A stretch of DNA of 64,000 nt. It comes from Nitrosopumilus sp. GTDB lineage: Archaea; Thermoproteota; Nitrososphaeria; Nitrososphaerales; Nitrosopumilaceae. The translations under genes and the position numbers were made by a program. The stretch spans positions 448,001-512,000 of the forward strand of contig OZ243974.1 in assembly GCA_965214775.1 (NCBI GenBank), read 5' to 3'. Positions 30,873 to 40,485 of the stretch are shown here, piece by piece. The notes under the pieces are model-generated. The model ran no database searches. It worked only from the letters and a program-made list of their open reading frames with translations, and had not been told where the DNA came from. Within the stretch, counting starts at the first letter, position 1; each line of letters starts with the position of its first letter.

Positions 30873-32024
30873 TGTGGGATCCAGAAAGTAGTTCGCCCCC
30901 CCTTATTTGACATCATACTCCTCTCCTGTCTGCCCGTCAATAACGGTTTCCCCCTCCTTGGGCATCTTTCTGAGAAATGCCTGTGCGGGCGTCTCCTGAT
31001 TGTCCCAGTCCAGCGACCTGTGGGGCCTGTCATGATTGTACCACTGCATGAACAGGTCTATCGGGTCGCTTTTTCTCATCATGATCTCCTCGAACTCGTG
31101 CAGCTTGCGCTGGATCTCCCCGTGGAGGCGCTCGACCTTTCCGTTGGTCTGGGGTCGTCCCACGCCTGCCAGGATCTGCCGTATTCCCAGTTCTGTCAGT
31201 TTCTTTTCAAACTCGCCTTCGCCCCTCTTTTTTGCCGTCTCTTTCTCGTTGGCATAGAACTGGCTGCCGTGGTCTGTCATGATCGAGGCCGGCTTGCCGT
31301 GCTTTTCTATTGCCGTCTCAAGCACTGCCAGGGCGTTTTTGGTCGTGGCATTATCAAAGATGCCATATCCGGTCACAAACCTGGAGGCATCGTCCTCGTA
31401 GCACAGGAACCATCTGCCGTCGTGCATTCCGCCGTGGATCTGCTTCCAGTCTGTATGCCACAGCGAGTTTGAGTGATCGCGCTCGTATCGGACCCACCTG
31501 TACCTTGTACCCTTGCTGGGCTGCGCCTCTGCCATCTCCTCGTCCCTCAGTATCTTGTGTATGATGCCGTGCGGGATATGGATTCCGGTCTGATTCGCTA
31601 TGCGCTGCTGCAGTCCTGCAGCCCCCATGCGCTCTGCATGTCTGGCAGACATGACTGCAGAGTGCTCCCTGCGTCCGGGCAGACCGTTCTGGGGCCTTCC
31701 CATTGGCGCAGGATGCGATATTTCGCTTGCCGCAGGGCAGCCTTTGTGCCTGGCCCACAGCTTCTGGACCCACCGTACTGTCACGTCCATGGTTCCGGCT
31801 ATCTGGGCGTTGGTAAGCTCGCCCTTTTTCTTTTCTTTCACTATCCATTGTACTTGGCTTTTCTCTAGCTTCATGCCGTTTGGGTGCTCAAGACTCACGT
31901 ATTTACGGAGCTTTCGTCGCCAGACCCACACACCTGTACTTCCAGTGTGGGTCAGGCTTGCACATCTGCTCCTGACCGACTTTACACACTCGGAGAAGGG
32001 GTGAACTACTTTTTGGACTATACA
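30873..32024 (-). mobile_element. IS481-family insertion sequence, copy A (1152 bp)
   Basis: TGT...ACA ends with imperfect IRs; 16-bp flanking duplication GCGTTGGTGTTTGCTG; near-identical to 50458-51609. Confidence 0.93.
30903..31874 (-). CDS. IS481-family DDE transposase
   Basis: WHTDWK, DDASR, TDHGSQF, PQTNGKVERLH, YN..RPH.SL. Confidence 0.93.
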   Translation of the reverse strand: MKLEKSQVQWIVKEKKKGELTNAQIAGTMDVTVRWVQKLWARHKGCPAASEISHPAPMGRPQNGLPGRREHSAVMSARHAERMGAAGLQQRIANQTGIHIPHGIIHKILRDEEMAEAQPSKGTRYRWVRYERDHSNSLWHTDWKQIHGGMHDGRWFLCYEDDASRFVTGYGIFDNATTKNALAVLETAIEKHGKPASIMTDHGSQFYANEKETAKKRGEGEFEKKLTELGIRQILAGVGRPQTNGKVERLHGEIQRKLHEFEEIMMRKSDPIDLFMQWYNHDRPHRSLDWDNQETPAQAFLRKMPKEGETVIDGQTGEEYDVK

Positions 32025-32824
32025 GCGTTGGTGTTTGCTGTAAAACTCTTAATTAACTCCTTCATCTCATCAGAACTCACTCCGATAGCATCCGAAGCTA
32101 CTTTGTAATCAGAATCACCAATTTGCGAAACTGCTTTTTCAATGTCATTTTGTGACAAAAGTTTCAACACGCCTGATTTGAGCGCATCTAGTTTTGTCTC
32201 CGAATACCACATCAGTGCATAGATATCGGCAACATCCTTCCTTTTTTTGTGATCTTTGTTCCGGTTTGGTAGCGAAATGAGCTTGGTAGCAAGCAGGATC
32301 TCTGGTTTTGGAAGCCTAACAGTTACCCCGAATTCCTTAGTTTCTACAAACTCGCCCTTTTCAAACAGCAAACCAAGTAATTTTTCATCAGCAGGCGTGA
32401 TTCCCAAAACGTCATGGATGTTATTCGGTATGTTATCTACCAGAGGATCTACGTACAAATCAAACAGATCGTATTGCGGTGTTTTACGGGCTTCTTGTTC
32501 TGTGAGCACTCTTTTTGTTTCTCTATGATAGTGTTGAACTAGGCGAAAACCAATCGAATAAAATCCAATGCCCTCCAGTGCACGAACGGATTGGTTAAAT
32601 GCGGAATTCTCCATCGATTCTCTGGTTTCATTCTTTGAAAAATGAAATCCCAGGTCAATGTCTTTTGAGCCATGATAATCACGCCCTTTGTCTTTTTTGT
32701 AGTTCTTGTTTATCGTAAGATAAACCGCCCACCCGCCAAGCAAACAAAGCGGCTTGGTTACTTTGGAAAACACCCTGACAAGGCTATCTCTTGAAATTTC
32801 CGTCTCATGCTCTTCATAAAGCAT
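32018..32824 (-). CDS. Nucleotidyltransferase-fold (AbiEii-like) protein; last codons altered by IS481
   Basis: LLGGWAV, SKDIDL, LLATKL, KRKDVADI. Confidence 0.8.
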   Translation of the reverse strand: MLYEEHETEISRDSLVRVFSKVTKPLCLLGGWAVYLTINKNYKKDKGRDYHGSKDIDLGFHFSKNETRESMENSAFNQSVRALEGIGFYSIGFRLVQHYHRETKRVLTEQEARKTPQYDLFDLYVDPLVDNIPNNIHDVLGITPADEKLLGLLFEKGEFVETKEFGVTVRLPKPEILLATKLISLPNRNKDHKKRKDVADIYALMWYSETKLDALKSGVLKLLSQNDIEKAVSQIGDSDYKVASDAIGVSSDEMKELIKSFTANTNAV

Positions 32825-33410
32825 CCTTTTCCACCTTTTCCAGCAACATGTCGCCTGCCTCCCCACAGGCACCGCTCTCGTTGTACAGATCAAGTATGAC
32901 TTGCGGAACAGATGCCAGGGTCAGGCCATCGACCTGAAATGACTTGTAAAACACGTGTTCGTCTCCGTAAATAACGCGCACATTTCCTTTTCCCACCAGT
33001 CCGTTTGCAACAAAGAGCTTGTGCCACTGTAGTCTGTCCGAATGGTGAACGTAAATGTCGGTTCTAGACGGAAACAGATAGTTTTGTATTTTGTTTTCTG
33101 CCCTATATGTGGTGAGCGCATATTCCAGATCCGTTTCTTGTAGCAGTTCCAGAGGTTTTTGTACCATGTACTCCCTGTATTGAAAGGCAGGCTGCCATTT
33201 CTGCCACCACAAAAACAGCGATCTAAAATCTCTCACTCTGGTTTTGTGGATTATTCCCTGCTTTTCCAGTCTTTGCAGCAATTCATGTATCCACGAATAT
33301 CCACTATCGGCCAATTTTGCTATTCGATACTTTGTCAATTTTCCGGCAGGCTCATTTAACAGAACTCGTGCCACTCTACCCTTGATGCTAGACCGTGTCT
33401 CTTTTTTCAT
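32814..33410 (-). CDS. HTH / AbiEi-like antitoxin partner
   Basis: N-terminal HTH, YALT, DIYV, SVPQVILDL; overlaps the nucleotidyltransferase gene. Confidence 0.7.
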   Translation of the reverse strand: MKKETRSSIKGRVARVLLNEPAGKLTKYRIAKLADSGYSWIHELLQRLEKQGIIHKTRVRDFRSLFLWWQKWQPAFQYREYMVQKPLELLQETDLEYALTTYRAENKIQNYLFPSRTDIYVHHSDRLQWHKLFVANGLVGKGNVRVIYGDEHVFYKSFQVDGLTLASVPQVILDLYNESGACGEAGDMLLEKVEKDAL

Positions 33411-33579
33411 TCTATCGGTTTATATTAAATAGTATATCTAATAAAGATATATCTTTTTATTATAAATATTGCATCTAAAACCGATAATTTATTCTCAAAA
33501 TTAGGTTACACAAGTCGAAAATATGGGTATTTCGTCTTTAAATGGAGCATTATAAGCAATGCCGACAGAATTATCCGAG

Positions 33580-33830
33580 TGTAGTATATGAAAAGTCGGT
33601 CCGCTAGTCATCTGCATCCCTCTCCATCCATTTTGGGTCCTTCCTCCTGATCGCTTCCGTTGCCTCCTTGCTTCTAAACGCCAGAAGCGGCGTCTCACAG
33701 TTGGCAATGTCAAGCGAAAAGTGAAGCCTTCTCTCGTTGTAATAGTCCACGTACTGTTTCAGGCCGTCATAATGCCATATCTCCTCCTCGATGGTGCGAT
33801 GGAGCCTCTCCGGTTTACCCGTCTCAGGCG
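33580..33830 (-). pseudogene. 3' remnant of an IS481-family element
   Basis: GKPERLHRTIEEEIWHYDGLKQYVDYYNERRLHFSLD...; terminal TGTAGTATATGAAAA resembles the end of the IS at 44806. Confidence 0.85.
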
Positions 33831-33879
33831 GTGAAATCCCCCCTTAAACCGAAAAAATCCATTGTGAGGTGGCTGTACA

Positions 33880-35316
33880 ATGAGTGATACCGTAAAAAGG
33901 TCGTGGGGGCGGCACGAGAAGCTGCTTGAGGATCCCGACGTCAAGAGATGGTGCGACAATATAGCAAGGGGCAGCGTGGCCACCGCAGAGATCCGGCTGC
34001 GCAGGCTCGGCGTGTACTGCGAGAGGACAGGCACCACGCCGAGGGACTTTGCGCAGGCCGGAGTCGACGACGTAAGAAGCGTCGAGGACCTGCTGATGGA
34101 CCACGTGTCGTTTCTCGAGGGCAGGGGGCATGCGCCCTCGTACATCGAGGACATACTCAAGACGCTGCGCTCCTGGCTCTCGTTCAACTATGTGCGGCTG
34201 GTCCGGAAGATAAAGATCAAGAACGCCGACATTCCGGTGACGCTGGAGGACGAGGAGATTCCCACCCGGGAGAGAATCCAGGACGTGCTGGACTCGGCAC
34301 CGGCAAGGGAGCGCGTGTCGATATCGATGATGGCCTTTGCCGGCGTGCGGCCGCAGGTGCTTGGCAGCCACCACGGCGAGGACGGCCTCAGGATGAGGGA
34401 CATCCCGGATCTGCAGGTGGACGGCCAGAACGTATCCATTGCCAGGACGCCTGCAAGGATAACGGTGAGGCCCGCCCTGAGCAAGGCCGGACACCAGTAC
34501 TTTACGTTCCTGCCCGAGGCAGGGTGCAGGTACCTGCAGGGATACCTCATGGAGAGGATCGCAGGAGGCGAGAAGATTGAACCGGACTCGCCCGTGATCA
34601 CGTTCGTCAAGGGATACAGGACAAAGTCGGACCGCGACACGTCCCACCTGAGGACCGTGACCGTCACGGAAGGAATCAGGAACGCCTTTGGCATTATAAT
34701 CAAGGAGCGGCCCTACGTCCTGCGGGCGTACTTTGACACCCAGCTGCTGCTTGCGGAGAGCAATGGAAGGATGACGCACGCGTACCGCCAGTTCTTCATG
34801 GGACACAAGGGCGACATCGAGGCAAAGTATACGACCAACAAGCACAGGCTTGCCGACGAGCTCGTATCGGACATGAGGGGGGCATACGAGCGCAGCCAGG
34901 GGTTCCTCGTGCCAGGCGCGGATGATGAGACCGCATCAAGGGACAGGAAGGATCTGCTGCTTGAGATGTGGAGGGGGCAGGCGCGGCTGTACGGGATAGA
35001 CCCCGTAAAGATAAGGATAGAAAAGCAGAGGGCATCGCAGGGCAAAAAGACCGGGCAGGCAGATACGGCAGATGATCAGATAGGCGCCATCAAGGCTGCC
35101 ATTCAAAGGATAATCAGGGGAGACGGCCGGACGGTGCGGCCGCAGGCAGGCGAGAAAAAGGCATACGAGAGCAGGCTGGTCGACGGTGAGGGGGATCTCG
35201 TAGCATGTATTGAGGACGGGTGGGAGGTCATAAGGGAGCTAAGCAGCGGCAAGATCCTTCTCAGGCGCAGCACCGGGGCGGAGCCGGCGGGGGTTCCCGA
35301 CCATTCGGACCAGTGA
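33880..35316 (+). CDS. Tyrosine recombinase/integrase
   Basis: AGVR (Arg I), K, RPYVLRAYF (Arg II), FMGH...KY catalytic Tyr; SAM-like N-terminus. Confidence 0.9.
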   Translation: MSDTVKRSWGRHEKLLEDPDVKRWCDNIARGSVATAEIRLRRLGVYCERTGTTPRDFAQAGVDDVRSVEDLLMDHVSFLEGRGHAPSYIEDILKTLRSWLSFNYVRLVRKIKIKNADIPVTLEDEEIPTRERIQDVLDSAPARERVSISMMAFAGVRPQVLGSHHGEDGLRMRDIPDLQVDGQNVSIARTPARITVRPALSKAGHQYFTFLPEAGCRYLQGYLMERIAGGEKIEPDSPVITFVKGYRTKSDRDTSHLRTVTVTEGIRNAFGIIIKERPYVLRAYFDTQLLLAESNGRMTHAYRQFFMGHKGDIEAKYTTNKHRLADELVSDMRGAYERSQGFLVPGADDETASRDRKDLLLEMWRGQARLYGIDPVKIRIEKQRASQGKKTGQADTADDQIGAIKAAIQRIIRGDGRTVRPQAGEKKAYESRLVDGEGDLVACIEDGWEVIRELSSGKILLRRSTGAEPAGVPDHSDQ

Positions 35317-35628
35317 CTCTATCGCATCCTCCTTTTTCCGGTATGCCTTTTCAGATATTACGGAGAGCAGCGCGTTGATCAGCTCGACGTACGGGGCTAT
35401 GGCGCCGCATACTACGGCGTCAAGGAACTCGTGCCGCAGGGTCTCCAGGGCGCCTGCAAAGTCCGTGGAATAGACGTAGATCCTGCTTCCGATTACCTCG
35501 CCCTCCTTTGCAGAGTCGGCTTTTGGAACCCACAGGACGTCAAGGTCCGCGTTTGTCCCGCTTGCCTTCTTGAGCCTGTCAAGCTCCTCCCTGAGCGATT
35601 CCCTGAGCATGGCCGCCTTGCCTTCCAT
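35239..35628 (-). CDS. Hypothetical protein (HE-motif, metallopeptidase-like)
   Basis: GEV.GSRIYVY...ETLRHEFLD. Confidence 0.55.
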   Translation of the reverse strand: MEGKAAMLRESLREELDRLKKASGTNADLDVLWVPKADSAKEGEVIGSRIYVYSTDFAGALETLRHEFLDAVVCGAIAPYVELINALLSVISEKAYRKKEDAIESLVRMVGNPRRLRPGAAPEKDLAAA

Positions 35629-36014
35629 CCATCTGCATGGGGCTGTTTTCTTAAAAGCAGAGACAGGGTCCGGACGCGAGGGTCTGCCCCTTCAGAAGGC
35701 GCGGCGTGGGGGTGGAGGGGGGCGTGGTGATCAAGACCCCGGCCGGCGGTGCCGCCCACGGGGAAAGCCCCTGCGTCCGGATTTTCAGGATTTGAAAAAG
35801 CATCTCCGGCAACTGACTGCGTCGGATGCCTTGGAAGCCATGGTGACGGTTGAAGATCCTTGATCATCAAAAGGCGCATTCCGGCGCAGATCATGCCGGC
35901 ATGTGTTGGGGAACTCGGCCGCCACCGTCCATATCAGGGACGATCCAAGTGGGACGTCCAAGTACCGGTGGAAGGCACAGACCACGGCGGTTTTTGACGA
36001 ACCGTAAATGTTCG

Positions 36015-36803
36015 TCAGGATCTCCTTCTTCCCCCAACGATTACGCTTGGGATTCCATAGTTCTTCCTGTACTTGTTGACATAGTCTGCGATATCGCCGC
36101 TAAGCGAGTCATTTGATATGTCGTCAAATATTATCGCGCAGATGTTGGGAAACCTTTCTTGGTACTCCTCAAGCTGGGCCCCGAGGTTGCGCAGATCCGA
36201 GCGCTGCTTTGGCACCTTGAGCTCCAGCACGTACCTGCCGTCTACCAGTATGTCGATTCTGTCGTTTCCGATTATGGTTACCTGCCGGTCGATCTTCCTG
36301 CCGGGAAACTTGGCCTTGAGAAAGATCACCAGCTGCGATTCAAGGTGCTCCTCGTTTGATATCTTTTCGGGCTCAAACTCGGCACGTATCAGGTCGATCA
36401 TCGGCCCAAAGTCGCCGCGCCCATGCTCCGGGCCGCCTGCGTCCCTGAAAAAACTCGGGGATACAATGCGTCTCTTTTTTGCAAACTCGCTGAGATGGGC
36501 GTACCTTATCTCCCCGCCGGGGACGTGCCTCCAGATAAAGTCAAGATAGTCCTTTCTGGATGGCGGGATTTTACGCCTCCTTCCGTTGTCATCAGTATCG
36601 ACCTCCGGCTCGGGTTTTTTATTCAGGTATTTTTTCAAAAACTCCTCAAGATCAGGTATCTCAAAGTGTTCCAGGAGATCGTCGACCCTGCCACGGATTT
36701 CATCGAGTTCGTGCTGCCTCTGCCTCCTTTGATCCTGAACCTGGTCGTATTTCTTCTTGGCATCCGATAGGATCTTCTTCCAGCCCACGCGCAGCTCAGG
36801 CAT
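36015..36803 (-). CDS. PD-(D/E)XK nuclease-domain protein
   Basis: EEHLE, RIDILVD...LELK, GAQLEEY. Confidence 0.7.
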   Translation of the reverse strand: MPELRVGWKKILSDAKKKYDQVQDQRRQRQHELDEIRGRVDDLLEHFEIPDLEEFLKKYLNKKPEPEVDTDDNGRRRKIPPSRKDYLDFIWRHVPGGEIRYAHLSEFAKKRRIVSPSFFRDAGGPEHGRGDFGPMIDLIRAEFEPEKISNEEHLESQLVIFLKAKFPGRKIDRQVTIIGNDRIDILVDGRYVLELKVPKQRSDLRNLGAQLEEYQERFPNICAIIFDDISNDSLSGDIADYVNKYRKNYGIPSVIVGGRRRS

Positions 36804-37104
36804 GGCAGATATTTAATTTTTGACTGGCATGTGGGACAAGAGTCTGCCCTCCGGGAGATGCGGCACAGAATGCGTGATCATAATAACCTCGGCATGTAGT
36901 GCAGTTGTGGCCAGACTTGACATGGCTGACCGCTTTTTTACAGCCGGCTCTGGTGTTTTTCAGAGTCAGAATATACGTCAGGGCCTGATTGTATCGTACG
37001 CGGCGCCTTTTGCCTCCACACATGCCACGTAATGCTGTCTGTTTTGCATGCATGGCCGACTTGCTATCGGAATATTTTGATCCCGGAGACTGCGTACAGG
37101 GTGA

Positions 37105-37320
37105 CTAGTCGCCGTACTTGGCATAGTGTTCCTTCCACTCTGCAACCCTTTTCTTGATGGCCTGTTTTACGGGCTCAACTGCACCGGGCTCCAGCTCGGA
37201 GAGCTTGAAACCGCCATGACCATGAAGCACGGCAAGCTCTTCTGCGGTGACATATTCCGACATGTGCCCCCTTTCGTATGTCGGATTCTTGAACAGTTCA
37301 GATAAACTTGTATTTGCCAT
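37105..37320 (-). CDS. Small hypothetical protein, downstream partner of the repeated two-gene module (copy 1)
   Basis: 23-nt overlap with the upstream ORF; MA...FKN start. Confidence 0.6.
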   Translation of the reverse strand: MANTSLSELFKNPTYERGHMSEYVTAEELAVLHGHGGFKLSELEPGAVEPVKQAIKKRVAEWKEHYAKYGD

Positions 37321-37936
37321 TGCTGTATACCACCACTATCTCTTTTTGGTTGTACTTGTTCTTAAACATTAGCAGTTTTTTCACGTCTGCGCTTATTATC
37401 ATGCCCACGTCATTGTCTACCCTGTTCTTATCCACGTCTGTCCACGTTCCAATCGACGGCGTATATCCCTCGCTTACAGTTCTCTCAAACTCACGTTCAG
37501 ACGTCTCATCAAACGGCCTCGCGTGATGTGTGCGTCCTATGATCCCTACGGGCTTGCCGCCTATGCCGTGTGCGTCATAGAACCTCCTACGATGCGCCGG
37601 ATTAAAGACGTCAAATACGGAGTTGGTTGCATAGTCATACGTTCCACTCCCTCCCTCTGCCATGAGTTTATTCATCGCAGGCAGGCCGTTGGAGAATTCA
37701 GATGCCTTTATCCTTCCGCCGTGCCTGCTCAGGGGGTCGGGCTTTATCGGTTCGCCCTTTTTGTAATTTATCACAGACCGCCTGCCTCCACCCGCTACTG
37801 GAACCTCCCTCCTTATCCATCTTGTGCCCGGACTCGTCAAGCCTTCCTGCACGTGGCGGGAGGAACCTCCTGTGCCGGCAACCATAAATTCGTGAAAGCC
37901 GCCTGCTGCCGGTAGGCGTATTTGTTCATAAAACAC
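37298..37936 (-). CDS. Hypothetical protein, paralog of 54714-55148 (true start probably further downstream)
   Basis: Collinear motifs shared with the 54714 ORF. Confidence 0.7.
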   Translation of the reverse strand: MFYEQIRLPAAGGFHEFMVAGTGGSSRHVQEGLTSPGTRWIRREVPVAGGGRRSVINYKKGEPIKPDPLSRHGGRIKASEFSNGLPAMNKLMAEGGSGTYDYATNSVFDVFNPAHRRRFYDAHGIGGKPVGIIGRTHHARPFDETSEREFERTVSEGYTPSIGTWTDVDKNRVDNDVGMIISADVKKLLMFKNKYNQKEIVVVYSNGKYKFI

Positions 37937-38139
37937 TTTACAAACTTTTGCTCGCCAGGATGCCAGTTACCCGGCGGCAAGTGAACCGTCTCCGAGGATC
38001 TTCTCGCAGACCTCACATATGAGGCCGCTTGGCCAGCAATGAGGCGGGACAAGTCACGACTTTGCAGGTGCGTACCTCATTGACCTCGCACGAATCAGAT
38101 CTCTAAATCCTTAATACTGCCACAGTCCTGTTCCAGCGC

Positions 38140-38429
38140 ATGAGATTTCTGGTGGACGAAAACCTCTCAAAGAACAAAAAATCCCTGGTTGATCACAGGA
38201 ACCTGAAAAACGTCAAGGATGAAATCGACGGAGGGGTTTCTGACGAAAGGATCATCGAATGCGCAAAAGGCCACGGTCGCGGAATCTACACCCGGGACAA
38301 GGGGTGCGCCCTGCTTGGACTGATTGCAGGGGTTATCGTATGGTACAGGGATCAAGAAACAAGGAGGGCGTAAAGCTAAATGCCCAGAAGCTGCGATTTA
38401 CAAAAAAAGAAAGGGAAGATGGACCATAG
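38140..38429 (+). pseudogene. DUF5615/Mut7-C-like PIN domain gene, probably frameshifted
   Basis: MRFLVDENL, SDERI..CAK, IYTRDK; continuation KEGVKLNAQKL is in another frame. Confidence 0.6.
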
Positions 38430-38961
38430 CTGCGCACTGCGGCTCATGTGGTATCCTTGTCCTGTGCACGCATCCATGCGTCTTGGGATGTTTGCAGCAG
38501 ACCGTCGGCTTCATGCAGGCCTGCAGCGTTCAGTCCTGCAGTATTCTGCTTGTCTGAAAAAACGGGGGAGCACTGTCCAGTCCTTCGGGGAACCTGCTGT
38601 ATCCCGGAAACCGCGGCCTCCTGCGGGAGCCGTGCAGCCTGATCTCCCGTATCATCTCGATTGCCAGCTCCTGCAGCAATCCCCTTACCTCTGACATGAC
38701 GTAAAAAACCACGCTGCTTTAAAGCCCAAAAAGCCGGACGGGAATATACACCACGGAGGATCCGGCCTTGCTACCGGCCGGCCATGGGGTCGCAGCTGTA
38801 TGGGAGCCCCTGCCCGGCTGACGGGGCGGGAAGTCCGGTGCATGCCCTGACGCGCCGCCCCGGCCAGAGAACAGGGCAAGCCCCTCCGAATCGGCCCAAA
38901 AAACCTTTTATTGCCTGTACCGTACTTTACGGTACCATGAACAAAAGGAAGAGCCAAGGAC

Positions 38962-39153
38962 ATGATTGAGCGCTGTCCCTCGTGCGAGACGGGCTCGATC
39001 AGCACCCCTGTCATCCTTGCCAGGGGATCCAAGAGACGCCGAATCCGGCTCCCGTGCCGGGCATGCCGACACTGCAAGATCATAATCATCGACGACGTAA
39101 AAAAGATGGGCGGCTGGGCCATCTGGATCGGAGATGAAAAATCGGATCTTTAA
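38962..39153 (+). CDS. Small zinc-ribbon protein
   Basis: CPSC...CRACRHC. Confidence 0.5.
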   Translation: MIERCPSCETGSISTPVILARGSKRRRIRLPCRACRHCKIIIIDDVKKMGGWAIWIGDEKSDL

Positions 39154-39170
39154 ATCATTTCTTTTTTCTT

Positions 39171-39851
39171 GTGTTCGTGAATCCGCTGCTGGTTATTACC
39201 CTGATCCACCTCGCATACGCCGGCGGCATAGATGCATTTCTTGAGGAATACGACAGACAGACGTGGTATCTAGGCGAGGATTTGGTACCCGGCGACTATT
39301 TTGTGTATGACGTGTGCGACGCGGTGCATTTCAGGGACGGCTCGTGCTATGCAATACGCCTTGACTTTTACGCGGAGCTCCTGTCTCCTGCGGGCGATAC
39401 ATGGGTGGTGCAGGCCGAGATAACGGACGGCGGGCACAATACTGCACACCACATATTCCTCATTGACTCGGACACGATGAGGATCAGGACGGATCATGTG
39501 GGATCTGCACATGCGCGCTCCGTGGAGAACACCATATTCTATCTCTCACAGTTTGCCCCGCCATACGGCCAGAAGAGTCTCGGGGTTGGAAGCGTATGGG
39601 GCGAGGTTCCCTCATCGCTGGGGGCAGCCGAGCTCCATGTCGCGTCCCATGATACGGCTCACGTGGGTGATGATATACTGGACGTGTCGATCCTGGAATA
39701 CTGGGTGTTCAGGTCCAGCGTATTTGCGGTATCAGAGTCACTGGGGTTCCCCGTGTCCGCATCCGTGTATGACCCGCGCGCAACGCTTGACGATCCATCC
39801 CTGGCATTCGCGTTCACGCTGTCCGAGTTCTCCTCGGGCAGAGGGCAGTGA
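39171..39851 (+). CDS. Secreted hypothetical protein
   Basis: Signal-like N-terminus; WYLGE.L.PGDYF.Y.VC. Confidence 0.7.
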   Translation: MFVNPLLVITLIHLAYAGGIDAFLEEYDRQTWYLGEDLVPGDYFVYDVCDAVHFRDGSCYAIRLDFYAELLSPAGDTWVVQAEITDGGHNTAHHIFLIDSDTMRIRTDHVGSAHARSVENTIFYLSQFAPPYGQKSLGVGSVWGEVPSSLGAAELHVASHDTAHVGDDILDVSILEYWVFRSSVFAVSESLGFPVSASVYDPRATLDDPSLAFAFTLSEFSSGRGQ

Positions 39852-39909
39852 GGATTTTCCTAAAACGCCAAGGGCCGAATCCGGACGGCCGCAATACAAT
39901 TCCAAAAGC

Positions 39910-40031
39910 GTCCCGGACGTCGGCTACTGTCGCCCACCTGCGGGAACATTTTGTCCCGGACGTCGGCTACTGTCGCCCACCTGCGGGAACATTTTGTCCC
40001 GGACGTCGGCTACTGTCGCCCACCTGCGGGA
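39910..40031. repeat. 43-bp perfect tandem repeat, about 2.8 copies, intergenic
   Basis: Unit GTCCCGGACGTCGGCTACTGTCGCCCACCTGCGGGAACATTTT. Confidence 0.92.
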
Positions 40032-40143
40032 CAAGATCATCCCTTCTGCACCGGATCTGACGCGATCCTGGTACGGGCATGCCCGGAATCCGGAACGGGA
40101 GGATTCCTTGCGGCCTCTAAATAGAACCCGCATTATGTATGCA

Positions 40144-40485
40144 ATGAACCCACTGGTGATAGTCGGCGTGGTGACCGTATCGCTGCTTGCCGCAGGCATG
40201 ATTGTGTCGTTTTCGGGGGATCAGCTGAGGTACTCGCAGACGGCCGAAAGGATTGCAGAGATGCAGTCAGAGCGGACGCGCGAGGAGCTGGATGCCACGT
40301 ACGGGGACGGCCGGATCACACTGGAGAATCCGGGCTCCGTGCCGGTGCACATCGTGGAGATTCGCATACTGGATGATGACGGCCATATGATACACCGAGA
40401 AAAGGCCGACAGCACGATTGCGCCTGCACGGGGCCTGGAGGTGCCGCTTGATGCGGGACTGCTAAACCCGGAGGATGCGCAATGA
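40144..40485 (+). CDS. Archaeal pilin/flagellin-like small protein
   Basis: Hydrophobic N-terminal helix, ER..E.L, ITLENPGSVPVHIVEIRI beta-sandwich motif. Confidence 0.6.
   Translation: MNPLVIVGVVTVSLLAAGMIVSFSGDQLRYSQTAERIAEMQSERTREELDATYGDGRITLENPGSVPVHIVEIRILDDDGHMIHREKADSTIAPARGLEVPLDAGLLNPEDAQ

Noticed and set aside
39910-40031. Possible CRISPR array
   Set aside because: Units are contiguous and identical, with no spacers
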